Source: Alphaproteobacteria bacterium (GTDB lineage: Bacteria > Pseudomonadota > Alphaproteobacteria > CAAHEQ01 > UBA3637). From it: 64,000 nt of DNA. The stretch spans positions 1,913-65,912 of the forward strand of contig JAGCKR010000019.1 in assembly GCA_017647405.1 (NCBI GenBank), in the 5' to 3' direction. Every line of letters begins with the position of its first letter. Positions within the stretch are counted from its first letter, which is position 1. The position numbers and the translations under genes are program-made. This document shows positions 17,150 to 26,853 of this stretch, one piece after another. The notes beneath the pieces are model-generated. The model saw nothing but the letters and a program-made list of their open reading frames with translations, made no database searches and was not told the origin of the DNA.

Positions 17150-18664
17150 ATGGCAAATACAACAAATTTACTAGAAGCTCTTTCCTCTTATAAAGGGGAT
17201 CAGGCGTCTCTTTCAAATTTTGTTGCAATCGCAAAACAGGAATTGGGTGATGAGTGGACATCAACCATCTATCAAACATTACCCAATTTACCAAATGGCT
17301 TAAAAGAAAAACTAGATCATGCGTTTCAATATAATGGCGCCTCACTGGCTTGGACAGAAATCCAATCTTATCTTTCCAATAAAGAGCCACTTGATATTGA
17401 ACATGTATCGGAACGTGTTGAAACATTAGACTATTGGCTCAAATTTTTTGGTAATGCCGGCGAAACTGTTATTCAACAGTTAAAGGACAAATTAGAACAA
17501 GAGAAAAAAATTCAAGAAACCATCCCTGTTAATGAAACTGACTTCATTGATGATACTTCTTTTGTTGAGGAAACTCATCCGGTTTCAGACCCATCTGAAT
17601 ACTCAGCTGATGAAGAAAATTATCCCGCTGAAAATCTCCAATCTGAGATATATGATGAAAATACATTTACTCAGGAAAGTTCAGAATACTCAACTACTGA
17701 TAATAACGAATATTATGAAGAGCCGGCAGCTGAAAATTATACTGAAGATAATTATCAACAAGAAGAATATACTGGCTATGATGAAGAATATGTGAACAAT
17801 GGCTATATATCAGAGGAATATTCCAATCAAAACGAAGAATATTATCAAGATACATATCAAGACAATGCTTATGACGATGCATCATATGATAACACCACCT
17901 ATACACAAGAAAATAATTTAGAAGAATATTCTGATCAAAATTATCAACAAGAAGAATATAGTGATAACGGTTATTATGATGATGCATATACCGATCATAG
18001 TTATGCCGAAAATGAATATATTCAAGATGCGGATGATAGCCAAAACGAAGAACAGTTCGTTTCACTTGAGGATCAAGAAGCTCCTTTTTGGCGCACACCT
18101 GTATATGAACCGCAACAGCCTGAAACAAATGAAGAATTTATGTCAAGAAAAGTATTTCACCAAATTGATTTTTTAACGGCTGTCAGATGTTGGATCAATG
18201 CGCGTTGTATTTCTCTGGGAAATAAAGAAATATACAGCTATCGACATTATGGCTTTTTAATTGATATTATGGAAGAAACAAAAAAAGATTTGGAAATTGT
18301 TTTAGGGTCACCAACTTATTATCCCGCAGTTGAACAAGTTCGACCAGATGGTATCAAACAATTACAATCATTTTTAAAATCTCTTGAAAGTGATTTAAAA
18401 ACAGCCTATGACAATTTACCAAGCGAACTGACAGATCTGATCAGTGACTCCACAAATGTTAATGATTTGAAAAAAATGCTTGGAGCTCTTGATACATCAG
18501 ATAAACCAGAACTTTTAGGCGTAGCTCCTGATGGTTTTGAAATGCTTGATGATCCTTTTGATGGAATTGATACAGAAAAAACAAAAATACCCCCTTCACA
18601 AAAAGATCAAACTGGTATACAAAAGAAAAAGACTTTTTCTTTTAACAAAAAAAATGCTTCGTAA
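17150..18664 (+). CDS. Hypothetical protein with a central Tyr/Glu/Asp/Asn-rich low-complexity region.
   Basis: 504 aa. Residues roughly 140-300 are a Y/E/D/N/Q low-complexity region (for example EEYTGYDEEYVNNGYISEEYSNQNEEYYQDTYQDNAYDD). It is flanked by ordinary N- and C-terminal domains. An RBS is upstream. Confidence 0.55.
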   Translation: MANTTNLLEALSSYKGDQASLSNFVAIAKQELGDEWTSTIYQTLPNLPNGLKEKLDHAFQYNGASLAWTEIQSYLSNKEPLDIEHVSERVETLDYWLKFFGNAGETVIQQLKDKLEQEKKIQETIPVNETDFIDDTSFVEETHPVSDPSEYSADEENYPAENLQSEIYDENTFTQESSEYSTTDNNEYYEEPAAENYTEDNYQQEEYTGYDEEYVNNGYISEEYSNQNEEYYQDTYQDNAYDDASYDNTTYTQENNLEEYSDQNYQQEEYSDNGYYDDAYTDHSYAENEYIQDADDSQNEEQFVSLEDQEAPFWRTPVYEPQQPETNEEFMSRKVFHQIDFLTAVRCWINARCISLGNKEIYSYRHYGFLIDIMEETKKDLEIVLGSPTYYPAVEQVRPDGIKQLQSFLKSLESDLKTAYDNLPSELTDLISDSTNVNDLKKMLGALDTSDKPELLGVAPDGFEMLDDPFDGIDTEKTKIPPSQKDQTGIQKKKTFSFNKKNAS

Positions 18665-18685
18665 TAAAAAAAGGGACTTAAACAA

Positions 18686-19867
18686 ATGAAAAAAATCTCC
18701 ACCATTTTTTTACTTTCAACATTTCTTATTTCAACCGGGGCTACTGCTTCATTGAATAATATTTATAGCATTATTCAACAACAGTTTACCCCTCAACAAC
18801 ACAAAGTTGAAAATTCTTATTTGAATACACTTGATTTGGAATCTCCCTATCGTTGCAAAATTGATGGCGGACACAATAAAAATATTTCAACAACCATACC
18901 GGTTAATTTAAATGATTTTAAACTGTCAAAAACAACACCGTCTGATCCAATGCCTCGTTTTGAAGTAAATGGTTATACATTTAAAAATCAGGCTCTTGAT
19001 GAAGCACTTCAAACACTTGTTGATGAAGCAGGAATTTCTGTTTACACACAAGATAGAGTTTATCCAACATTGTCTGCAAAAAATGTTTATGGTGATTTAG
19101 AATCAGTTGTAGAAGCCTTAAGTAAAAATGGTGAAGTTTTCTACTCATATAATGAGGCTGCAAAAAAACTTTACATTTCAAGACAAGCTGATTTCACCAT
19201 TTCCCTTCCAAAAAACAGATTGGTTATTTTAGGTGTATTAGATGCCTTACGTGGTGCCGGTGTTGAAAATATTGTAACCGATTGGCATCAAGGTGTTTTA
19301 CGCTTAACCCTTTCAAGAGCCGAGGAAAAAACGGTAAAAGATTTAATCGAAAGTATTCAGTCAAACGGTGAAATGCTTGTTGCCGATACTCAAACATATC
19401 AATTAAACTCTGTTGCTGATTGGAGAAAGATCATTTATGAATATGGTCACAATAATGTTTTTTCAGCAACAAACGGTTTACAAGGAAAATTACTTGTTTT
19501 AAATAATTCAGCAAAAAGTAACTCTTTTTTGAATACCGTTCAAAAAACAAGCATTGCCCACTTAACAAGTGAAGGCATCAGTGTTGTTCCAAATGGTTGG
19601 CGAATGTTTTTCGATATTTCAAAGTGTGGCATTAAAGATTCACAAGCACCTCATGTGAGTTTAAGCATAAATCCTAAAATGGATTCTGAATCAAAAATAA
19701 ATGCCCTTATTACTCTCAATGCACAACAAGGCGAAATTTCATCATTTAACGTTACAGCGTCACTAAATGATGAATTAGCGATCATTGGTATACCAAATAT
19801 TGCTGTTGGAGGCGAATTATTAATTTTGGTAAAATTAAAACTTATTCGTTTGGTAGGAGAAAATTAA
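18686..19867 (+). CDS. Hypothetical secreted (periplasmic or outer-membrane) protein.
   Basis: 393 aa with a signal peptide MKKISTIFLLSTFLISTGATA. An RBS AAGGGA is upstream. The stop overlaps the next ATG (TAATGA). Confidence 0.55.
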   Translation: MKKISTIFLLSTFLISTGATASLNNIYSIIQQQFTPQQHKVENSYLNTLDLESPYRCKIDGGHNKNISTTIPVNLNDFKLSKTTPSDPMPRFEVNGYTFKNQALDEALQTLVDEAGISVYTQDRVYPTLSAKNVYGDLESVVEALSKNGEVFYSYNEAAKKLYISRQADFTISLPKNRLVILGVLDALRGAGVENIVTDWHQGVLRLTLSRAEEKTVKDLIESIQSNGEMLVADTQTYQLNSVADWRKIIYEYGHNNVFSATNGLQGKLLVLNNSAKSNSFLNTVQKTSIAHLTSEGISVVPNGWRMFFDISKCGIKDSQAPHVSLSINPKMDSESKINALITLNAQQGEISSFNVTASLNDELAIIGIPNIAVGGELLILVKLKLIRLVGEN

Positions 19868-20694
19868 TGACAGAACAAAATAAACCCGTTAATCAACCTT
19901 CTGCAACACAACAACGAACAGGTCAACAACCTCAAACTGGCAGACCTCTTCAACAAAGGCCTCTTCAAGGCGTTCCGCCTCAAGCAAACAGGCCTCAGCA
20001 AGGAATCTCTCCCCAAGCAAACAGACCGCATCAAGGTTCTACCGCACCTATGCATAGACCAACATCACCTCAAGGTCACCCCATGCATGCCGGTACATCT
20101 CACCCTGCAAGACAAGGTCAAATGCCTTCCAGAACAGGGATTCCGCAACGACAAATGGGGCAAAGACCGTTAAACACTCCTCCATATACACATCCGCAAG
20201 GTTCTGTGAGACAAGATCAAGGTCAAATGCAAAAACAAATAAATTCTATACCACAACAACAGGAACGACCACCACAAAACCATAATAATCAGTCTTATCA
20301 GGAAACACCTATATCCCCTGCTCAATCATTTTTATCAAATTCCAGAAATTTAACATTCATATTAATTGGAGCAATTATTTTTGGAATTTTACTTGGAGCC
20401 ATGATGTTTGGTGGTTCTTCGCAACCTGTCCGCACAGGTTTACAAAATTTTGTTAAAAATCAAGATATCAGACAAAAACTTCCATTATGTGGAAGAGTTG
20501 TTAAAGGACAGGCCTGTATTCTTTATATCATGAATGCAACAAGATATGACAGATTGGCTGAAAGTTTCTTTGATGAAGCACTGAGATTAACAGAAGTTCC
20601 CAGACGAAATATTGAGTGGGCAAATCCTAAGTATGCAAAGCAACGAATTCCGCCGGGAGCTTTTGCTGAAATTTTTATTCCAAATGTCAGATAA
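19867..20694 (+). CDS. Hypothetical bitopic membrane protein with an N-terminal Pro/Gln-rich repeat region.
   Basis: 275 aa. The N-terminus has repeats such as PQANRPQQGISPQANRPHQG. One TM helix LTFILIGAIIFGILLGAMMFGG is followed by a C-terminal domain of about 95 aa. The ATG overlaps the previous stop. A rho-independent terminator follows. Confidence 0.55.
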   Translation: MTEQNKPVNQPSATQQRTGQQPQTGRPLQQRPLQGVPPQANRPQQGISPQANRPHQGSTAPMHRPTSPQGHPMHAGTSHPARQGQMPSRTGIPQRQMGQRPLNTPPYTHPQGSVRQDQGQMQKQINSIPQQQERPPQNHNNQSYQETPISPAQSFLSNSRNLTFILIGAIIFGILLGAMMFGGSSQPVRTGLQNFVKNQDIRQKLPLCGRVVKGQACILYIMNATRYDRLAESFFDEALRLTEVPRRNIEWANPKYAKQRIPPGAFAEIFIPNVR

Positions 20695-20726
20695 AAAAAA
20701 GAGGGTTCATCCCTCTTTTTTTTAAT
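20695..20726. terminator. Bidirectional rho-independent terminator.
   Basis: AAAAAAAAGAGGGTTCATCCCTCTTTTTTTT: a 7-bp GC-containing stem flanked by an A-run and a T-run, sitting between convergent genes. Confidence 0.7.
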
Positions 20727-22218
20727 CTCTTAATTTATCTTTATTTTTATTAGCAAGTCGTCCACTTCTTGCCCCCAGAGATTGCAATAATTTTTTTATT
20801 ATTTTTCCTTCCTCCGGCGTTTTAACCCTTGATAATATAATATCAAAAATTGTTTGTTTATTTTTTTTCATTTTCTGATTTATCGGAACACCAAATTCTT
20901 TCAAAAGAGAAACCATTTGAACCATTTTAAAAGGTATGGCATCCGATTTTTCAATCAAATCTAACACCCCTTCCCCTTTTTTATTTTGAAGAAACGGATC
21001 AGCACCAGATTCCAATAATAATTTCATCATTTCCAAATCATTTTTTAATACAGAAACCATTAAAGGGGTTTCACCGGCTTCATTTTCAACGTTAACATAT
21101 ATCCCCCATTCTATCAATTGTTTTAAATGATTAGCATTCCCTTTTTGGATGATCTGAAAAATGCGAGGATTTCTTTTTTCATTTTCGCACGCCTCTTTTA
21201 ATAATCTGGCAATTTCATATTTTTCATTTTGAACAGCATAATCAAGTGCTATTTTTCCACGATAATCCTTTTTCATTAAATCTGCTCCCATATCAATAAA
21301 ATAGGTTACCAATGGTTCATGCCCTTCAAAAGAAGCAATCATAAGAGGGGTTGTCCCATTTTCATCTGTAGTGTTGATATCTATTCCTCCGGTCATCATT
21401 TGCTTAACAATATCCAACTTTCCCTTAGAAACAGCACTCAAGAATCTTTTTGGTAATTTCTTATATTTTGGCGAAAGAATATTTTCTCCTAACAAATCAA
21501 TAAAGTAATTCAAAACTTCTTTATGTGATTTTTCTGCCGCTATTTCGGCGGCGGTCAATTCTCTTTTATTTTTTTTCGATACATCAGCCCCATTTTCAAC
21601 CAAATACTTCACAATATCCAATTTTCCGGCACCAGAAGCCAACATTAATGCCGTGTTTCCATCTTTACTTATCTGATTAACATCAATCCCATTGTTGAGC
21701 AATAATTTACTCATCTGGCTATACCCCAAAAAAGATGCCAACATTAAAGCATTCATACCTTCATTATTTTGATGATGAATATCAACCCCCATCTCAAGTA
21801 ATTTATTAACCAAGGCTAAATTATCTTTCTTTACAGCTAATAATAGTGCTGTCTCTCCTTCATAATTCGCCTTTTGAATATCAGCACCAGCCTGATATAA
21901 AGCATCAGCAATTTCTTTATTACCTTGCCAAACGGCGACAAGAAACGGTGTCAAGGCGCCTTTATTTTGAGCATCAATAATGGCTCCATTTTTTAATAAA
22001 AGCGTTGCAATATCTTGCGCATTTTCCCAAGAAGCCAACATCAATGGGGAATTTTCAAAATCATCTAGCTGATTGACATTTACACCAGCTTGAATTAACA
22101 GTGAAACAGCATCCAAATTTTTTTCCCTGATCGCTTTATGTAATAAAAATTCACCTTGTTCATTCGGTTCATTTAAATTTTTACCCTCAGCAATTAATCT
22201 TTTAATTTTTTCAAGCAT
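20722..22218 (-). CDS. Ankyrin-repeat protein.
   Basis: 498 aa with at least 10 tandem 33-aa ANK repeats (G-TPL-A...G---V--LL--GA--N consensus, for example DGNTALMLASGAGKLDIVKYLVENGADV). Confidence 0.85.
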   Translation of the reverse strand: MLEKIKRLIAEGKNLNEPNEQGEFLLHKAIREKNLDAVSLLIQAGVNVNQLDDFENSPLMLASWENAQDIATLLLKNGAIIDAQNKGALTPFLVAVWQGNKEIADALYQAGADIQKANYEGETALLLAVKKDNLALVNKLLEMGVDIHHQNNEGMNALMLASFLGYSQMSKLLLNNGIDVNQISKDGNTALMLASGAGKLDIVKYLVENGADVSKKNKRELTAAEIAAEKSHKEVLNYFIDLLGENILSPKYKKLPKRFLSAVSKGKLDIVKQMMTGGIDINTTDENGTTPLMIASFEGHEPLVTYFIDMGADLMKKDYRGKIALDYAVQNEKYEIARLLKEACENEKRNPRIFQIIQKGNANHLKQLIEWGIYVNVENEAGETPLMVSVLKNDLEMMKLLLESGADPFLQNKKGEGVLDLIEKSDAIPFKMVQMVSLLKEFGVPINQKMKKNKQTIFDIILSRVKTPEEGKIIKKLLQSLGARSGRLANKNKDKLRD

Positions 22219-22363
22219 GTTTCACCTATATTATCCATTTAATCAGCTTTCTACACAGGCTATCACAAAAATAAAAAATTAGCAAGCCAAGTTTATTAAA
22301 AAGCATTTGACATTTATGATTATTTTAGATACCCTCAAAAAAAAACAAACAAGGATTTTTAGG

Positions 22364-22915
22364 ATGAAAAAACAACTCTCTCTTATTTTTATATCACTAT
22401 TTTTTATTTTCGCATTCAGCGGAATATTATTTTTATATTCAACAGCAAAAAAATCTGAAAATATTCTTCAAGATACTACTCGTTTGGTAGAAAAATCTCT
22501 GTCTGAGATATCTGATAACTCAATTGAAAATCCTGTTATAATAACAAAATTAAAATCTATTCCCACTCATATAACTTATTTCAGAACAACTGACCAAAGT
22601 TATTTTGATCATCATAATTTTGCAGAAGCACATCTAAAAAATATATCTCCTTTTTTATGTCATTTCATAATTAAAAATAAAAAACCATTTCAAATGCGTC
22701 TTTTTGTTAATAATCAAGAAACATTTTTCGGTGCCAATAGCTCTATATGCTTTCAAAAACTTAAAAATGATGTTCACTTCTATTTCGAATTATACAGTTA
22801 TTCTCCATATTATCACATGAAGGAACCTGAACTATGTTTAACGACTAAAGATTGTTCTTCAGAGGAAGCTGACTGCATAAATGGTTATTGCAAAAAGTCA
22901 GGAAACGATCTTTGA
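22364..22915 (+). CDS. Hypothetical small membrane or secreted protein with a Cys-rich C-terminus.
   Basis: The likely start is MKKQLSLIFISLFFIFAFSGILFLY (signal/TM); the ORF track starts earlier at 22307. The C-terminus reads CLTTKDCSSEEADCINGYCKK. Confidence 0.4.
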   Translation: MKKQLSLIFISLFFIFAFSGILFLYSTAKKSENILQDTTRLVEKSLSEISDNSIENPVIITKLKSIPTHITYFRTTDQSYFDHHNFAEAHLKNISPFLCHFIIKNKKPFQMRLFVNNQETFFGANSSICFQKLKNDVHFYFELYSYSPYYHMKEPELCLTTKDCSSEEADCINGYCKKSGNDL

Positions 22916-22986
22916 AACGCTTGACAAAATTCTTTTGTTACGTTAAAAAAACAGATGTTTAATCCATTCTTTTTGGGCTTAAGAAA

Positions 22987-24087
22987 ATGAATTTAATTTT
23001 ATTTAGGTATATTTTAAAACATTTTTCATTAATCTTTTTTGCAACACTCTTTTCATTAGCTGTGATCATCATGCTGTTTGATACAGTTGAATTATTAAGA
23101 ATTGCATCAAAACGTGAAAATATTGCATTTCTGGATATTTTAGCCTTAGCCTTTTTAAAATCGCCACAAATGATTCATATTATTTTTCCGTTTATTGTTT
23201 TAATTTCCGGAATTATTTTCTTTTTAAAATATAGTGCGTCTCTTGAATTAACGGTTATGAGAGCAGTAGGATTTTCTGCCTGGAATTTTATGGTTCCAAT
23301 TGTTACTTTTGTTTTACTTATCGGCGTTTTTGATGTAACAATTTTTAGTCCATTTTCCGCTCTAACAGCCAAAAGATACGAACGACTTGAAGAAAGAATT
23401 GGATTAACAAAATCAACTCCTTTTTCATGGACAGAAAAAGGACTTTGGCTCAGAGATGCGCAAGAAAATCAAACTTTAGTTGTGAGAGCCTCTCGCGTCA
23501 GACAGGAAAAAAACGCTGTTATTTTAGATAATATTTCTATCTTTGAATTGGATAAAAAAGATCAACTGTTACGACAAATTGAAGCTGAAAATGGTCTTCT
23601 TTCAAACAATACACTCACCCTTCCAAACGCATTCATTATCGATCCTATTTTAGCGGACAGTTATGCTAAACAGGTAGAAAGTATACAAACCAATATTTCT
23701 CTAAATCAAATTTTAGAAAGATTTGATGAACCAAGAACAATGTCTTTTTGGCGTTTTCCAAAATTTATTGATTTTTTAAAAGAATCAGGATTTTCAACCA
23801 ATGTTCACCAAATGTATTTTCATCAACTGATTGCTTATCCTATAACAATGCTTGCCATGCTTTTCATTGCGGCAGTCTTCTCGCTTCCAGCCACCATGCG
23901 ACAAGGAAAAACTCTTCTTAGAATTGTTTCTGCTGTTTTATGTGGATTTTTGCTTTACTCATTAGGTCAAATCTCTGGAGTTGCTGGTTTAAGCCAAAAT
24001 CTGCCTTTCTTTTTAGCTGCATGGGGCCCAGCTGTAATTTCCCTTTTACTTTCGGTATCTGCTTTATTGCACTTAGAAGATGGGTAA
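22987..24087 (+). CDS. LPS export ABC permease of the LptF/LptG (YjgP/YjgQ) family.
   Basis: 366 aa. Its architecture fits the LptF/LptG family: three N-terminal TM helices, a periplasmic beta-jellyroll segment, then three C-terminal TM helices. Confidence 0.7.
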   Translation: MNLILFRYILKHFSLIFFATLFSLAVIIMLFDTVELLRIASKRENIAFLDILALAFLKSPQMIHIIFPFIVLISGIIFFLKYSASLELTVMRAVGFSAWNFMVPIVTFVLLIGVFDVTIFSPFSALTAKRYERLEERIGLTKSTPFSWTEKGLWLRDAQENQTLVVRASRVRQEKNAVILDNISIFELDKKDQLLRQIEAENGLLSNNTLTLPNAFIIDPILADSYAKQVESIQTNISLNQILERFDEPRTMSFWRFPKFIDFLKESGFSTNVHQMYFHQLIAYPITMLAMLFIAAVFSLPATMRQGKTLLRIVSAVLCGFLLYSLGQISGVAGLSQNLPFFLAAWGPAVISLLLSVSALLHLEDG

Positions 24088-24112
24088 AATCTTAATGATT
24101 AAAAGTCAGTTA

Positions 24113-24150
24113 AAAAGCCTCTTTTCTTAAGGGGCTTTTATTTTAATTAG
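24113..24150 (+). terminator. Rho-independent terminator downstream of the lptF/G-like gene.
   Basis: The hairpin is AAAAGCCTC-ttttcttaa-GGGGCTTTT, followed by a TATTTTAATT T-rich tract. Confidence 0.55.
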
Positions 24151-24164
24151 AAACCAAGCGATAA

Positions 24165-24204
24165 GCTCCAATAAAAATATCCCCATCAGAATTGACGGGG
24201 ATAT
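24165..24204 (-). terminator. Rho-independent terminator of aspS.
   Basis: ATATCCCC-atcagaattgac-GGGGATAT is a perfect 8-bp stem. On the minus strand it is followed by TTTTTATT, immediately after the aspS stop. Confidence 0.7.
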
Positions 24205-24222
24205 TTTATTAAATAAACAGAT

Positions 24223-25989
24223 TTATCTAATCTTGATATGCAATTCTCTTAATTGCTTTTCAGTAACCTCAGCCGGCGCTTTCATTAATAAATCCAGACC
24301 TTGTTGGGTAAGTGGGAAAGCAATAACTTCACGGATATAATCCTCGTCGGTCAATAACATAACTAATCTATCAATCCCAAAAGCACAACCACCGTGTGGC
24401 GGAGCGCCAAATTTAAAGGCATTAAGCAAACCGGCAAATTTTTGCTCAACAACTTCCGGACCATATCCTGCAATTTCAAAAGCTTTATACATAACATCCG
24501 GTCTGTGATTACGAATAGCGCCTGATAAAATTTCATATCCGTTACAAACCATATCAAACTGGTAAGCCATAATTTCGAGCGGATTTTTGTTCAATAAAGC
24601 ATCCATTTCCCCTTGTGGCATAGAGAATGGGTTATGTGAAAATTCAGGGGCCCCGGTTTCTTCATTAAGCTCATACATTGGGAAATCAACAATCCAGCAG
24701 AATTTAAATGCGCCTTTTTCAATTAAATCCAATTCTTGACCAAGTAATGTTCTAACTTGACCAGCAAATTTAACAACTTTATCACCTTTACCACAAATGA
24801 AGAAAACACTATCACCTTTTTGAGCACCGGTCATTTCAATTAATTTTTGAATTCTTTCTTCATCCAAATTCTTGGCAATCGGACCTTTATTTCCATCTTC
24901 AGCAAAAGAGATATATCCTAATCCACCAAAACCGGATTCAACTGCAAAAGCATTCATTTTATCGAACCAACTGCGTGGACGAGCAGCCGTATTTGGTGTT
25001 TTAATTGCTCTGACAAAGCCACCTTCTGCAACTTTTGAGGCAAATAAACCAAAATTTGATCCCTCAAAAACAGCTGAAACATCTTTAATTAAAAGAGGGT
25101 TTCTTAAATCAGGCTTATCCGTCCCGTATGTTAACATTGATTCCAAATACGGAATATGAACAAACGGTGCCTGAGTTACCGCAGCAGTCGGCGCAAATTC
25201 TTCAAATAATCCTTGAATAATCGGCTCAACAGTTGCAAAAATTTCATCCTGTGTCACGAAAGACATTTCTATATCTAATTGATAAAATTCACCTGGTGAA
25301 CGATCCGCTCTGGCATCTTCATCTCTGAAACAAGGCGCAACTTGGAAATACCGATCAAAACCAGAAACCATTAATAATTGTTTAAATTGTTGTGGTGCTT
25401 GCGGTAAAGCATAAAACTTTCCATGATGCAAACGTGATGGGACCAAAAAGTCACGAGCCCCTTCCGGTGAAGAAGCGGTTAAAATCGGTGTTTGAAATTC
25501 GCTAAAACCAGCCTTCCACATTCTTTCTCTAACTGAACGAACAAAAGCATTACGAAGCAAAATATTTGCATGTGGTTTTTCGCGTCTTAAATCCAAGAAA
25601 CGATAAGTTAAACGTTGTTCCTCAGATAAATCAGCCGTATCTGCAACAACCTGCATTGGCAATACTTCTGCTTCAGATAACACTTCAACAGATAAAACCT
25701 GAACTTCAATTTCCCCTGTCGGCATTTTTGGATTTATCGTTGAAGGTTCACGCAAAATCACCGTTCCATCAATTTTAACAACTGATTCCGGACGAACTTT
25801 TTCCAACACAGGGAAACAATCGCTTGACGTATCTAAAACACATTGTGTGATGCCATAATTATCTCGAAGGTCAACAAATAATAAATTTCCGTGATCTCGT
25901 TTACGATGAATCCAACCGGATAAACGAACTGTTTGACCTTTATTTTCGGCTCTTAAAGCGCCACAAGTATGTGTTCTGTATTGGTGCAT
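24223..25989 (-). CDS. aspS: Aspartate--tRNA ligase.
   Basis: 588 aa with an N-terminal anticodon-binding OB fold ([13 protein letters not shown]...[26 protein letters not shown]) and class II motifs ([17 protein letters not shown]). Confidence 0.95.
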   Translation of the reverse strand: MHQYRTHTCGALRAENKGQTVRLSGWIHRKRDHGNLLFVDLRDNYGITQCVLDTSSDCFPVLEKVRPESVVKIDGTVILREPSTINPKMPTGEIEVQVLSVEVLSEAEVLPMQVVADTADLSEEQRLTYRFLDLRREKPHANILLRNAFVRSVRERMWKAGFSEFQTPILTASSPEGARDFLVPSRLHHGKFYALPQAPQQFKQLLMVSGFDRYFQVAPCFRDEDARADRSPGEFYQLDIEMSFVTQDEIFATVEPIIQGLFEEFAPTAAVTQAPFVHIPYLESMLTYGTDKPDLRNPLLIKDVSAVFEGSNFGLFASKVAEGGFVRAIKTPNTAARPRSWFDKMNAFAVESGFGGLGYISFAEDGNKGPIAKNLDEERIQKLIEMTGAQKGDSVFFICGKGDKVVKFAGQVRTLLGQELDLIEKGAFKFCWIVDFPMYELNEETGAPEFSHNPFSMPQGEMDALLNKNPLEIMAYQFDMVCNGYEILSGAIRNHRPDVMYKAFEIAGYGPEVVEQKFAGLLNAFKFGAPPHGGCAFGIDRLVMLLTDEDYIREVIAFPLTQQGLDLLMKAPAEVTEKQLRELHIKIR

Positions 25990-26075
25990 AAATATTTCTC
26001 CTTTAAATAAACCAATTTAGCAGGAGATAAAATACAAAATTTCTTACCAAAAAGCAAGGATTATTATTGTTTTTT

Positions 26076-26765
26076 TTAAATTAACGATAAAATAGGTTGC
26101 AAAAAAACTTCCGTTCGATGCCATACAAGATTTAAATAAGCCTCAACCCCTGACCATCCCTTAACGGAATAACAAAAAACAAGGCCATACTTTAAAAAAG
26201 AGATACCCGGTAAAAAACAAAAGGTAAAAGGATAACCCGCAACTTTAAAATCCGTTTGTTTGGGATGAATGGAAAGACATGTTACAATAAAATTATACCC
26301 CAAAAAAACACCCAATAAAGAAAGATAAAACTCTGGTAAATTTCCCATAACAGCTTTATAAATCGGCATCAATAAAACAATAAAAAACCAAAATGTCGGG
26401 AAAAAATATGGAGCCAAAGCAATAAGCCAATTCCCCTTCCCTTCAAAAGAAAATGACCCACCAACATCTTGTTTCACATCTAAACCTTTGGGTTTATGAA
26501 ATGTTAAAACGGCAAAAAGCATATGGGTCAACTCATGTTCCATGATAGCAAAAAAAGAACCGGCCAACATTGGCATAAAAAGAAATAGAACAGCCGTTAC
26601 ACCAAAAGGGAGAAAAAATTCAATTAAAACATCCACATTTGTTAATTTTTGAATAGCGATCAAATCAGCATAAAAAGAAGGTACAAGTAAAATAACCATT
26701 AACACGGCTATCGGCCACTTAATTAAATTAAAAAACAAATTAAATAAATGGTTTATACTTTTCAT
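26076..26765 (-). CDS. Polytopic membrane protein with an HExxH motif, a putative zinc metalloprotease-like protein.
   Basis: 229 aa with at least 5 hydrophobic helices. The HExxH motif sits in AIMEHELTHMLFA. The family assignment (DUF3267/M50-like) is tentative. Confidence 0.45.
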   Translation of the reverse strand: MKSINHLFNLFFNLIKWPIAVLMVILLVPSFYADLIAIQKLTNVDVLIEFFLPFGVTAVLFLFMPMLAGSFFAIMEHELTHMLFAVLTFHKPKGLDVKQDVGGSFSFEGKGNWLIALAPYFFPTFWFFIVLLMPIYKAVMGNLPEFYLSLLGVFLGYNFIVTCLSIHPKQTDFKVAGYPFTFCFLPGISFLKYGLVFCYSVKGWSGVEAYLNLVWHRTEVFLQPILSLI

Positions 26766-26853
26766 AACTGCTCCTCACAAAAAAAGCATTGTTTTTTTTC
26801 TCGTCTTTGATACACTATATATAATTTTATTAATCAATGTAAAGGGGATTTTT

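Noticed and set aside
17532-18176. ORFs 17694..18128 (-), 17532..17795 (+) and 17961..18176 (+) within the Tyr/Glu-rich gene.
   Set aside because: They are alternative frames of the low-complexity GAA/TAT-rich region. The sense frame is continuous for 504 aa and has an RBS; these do not.
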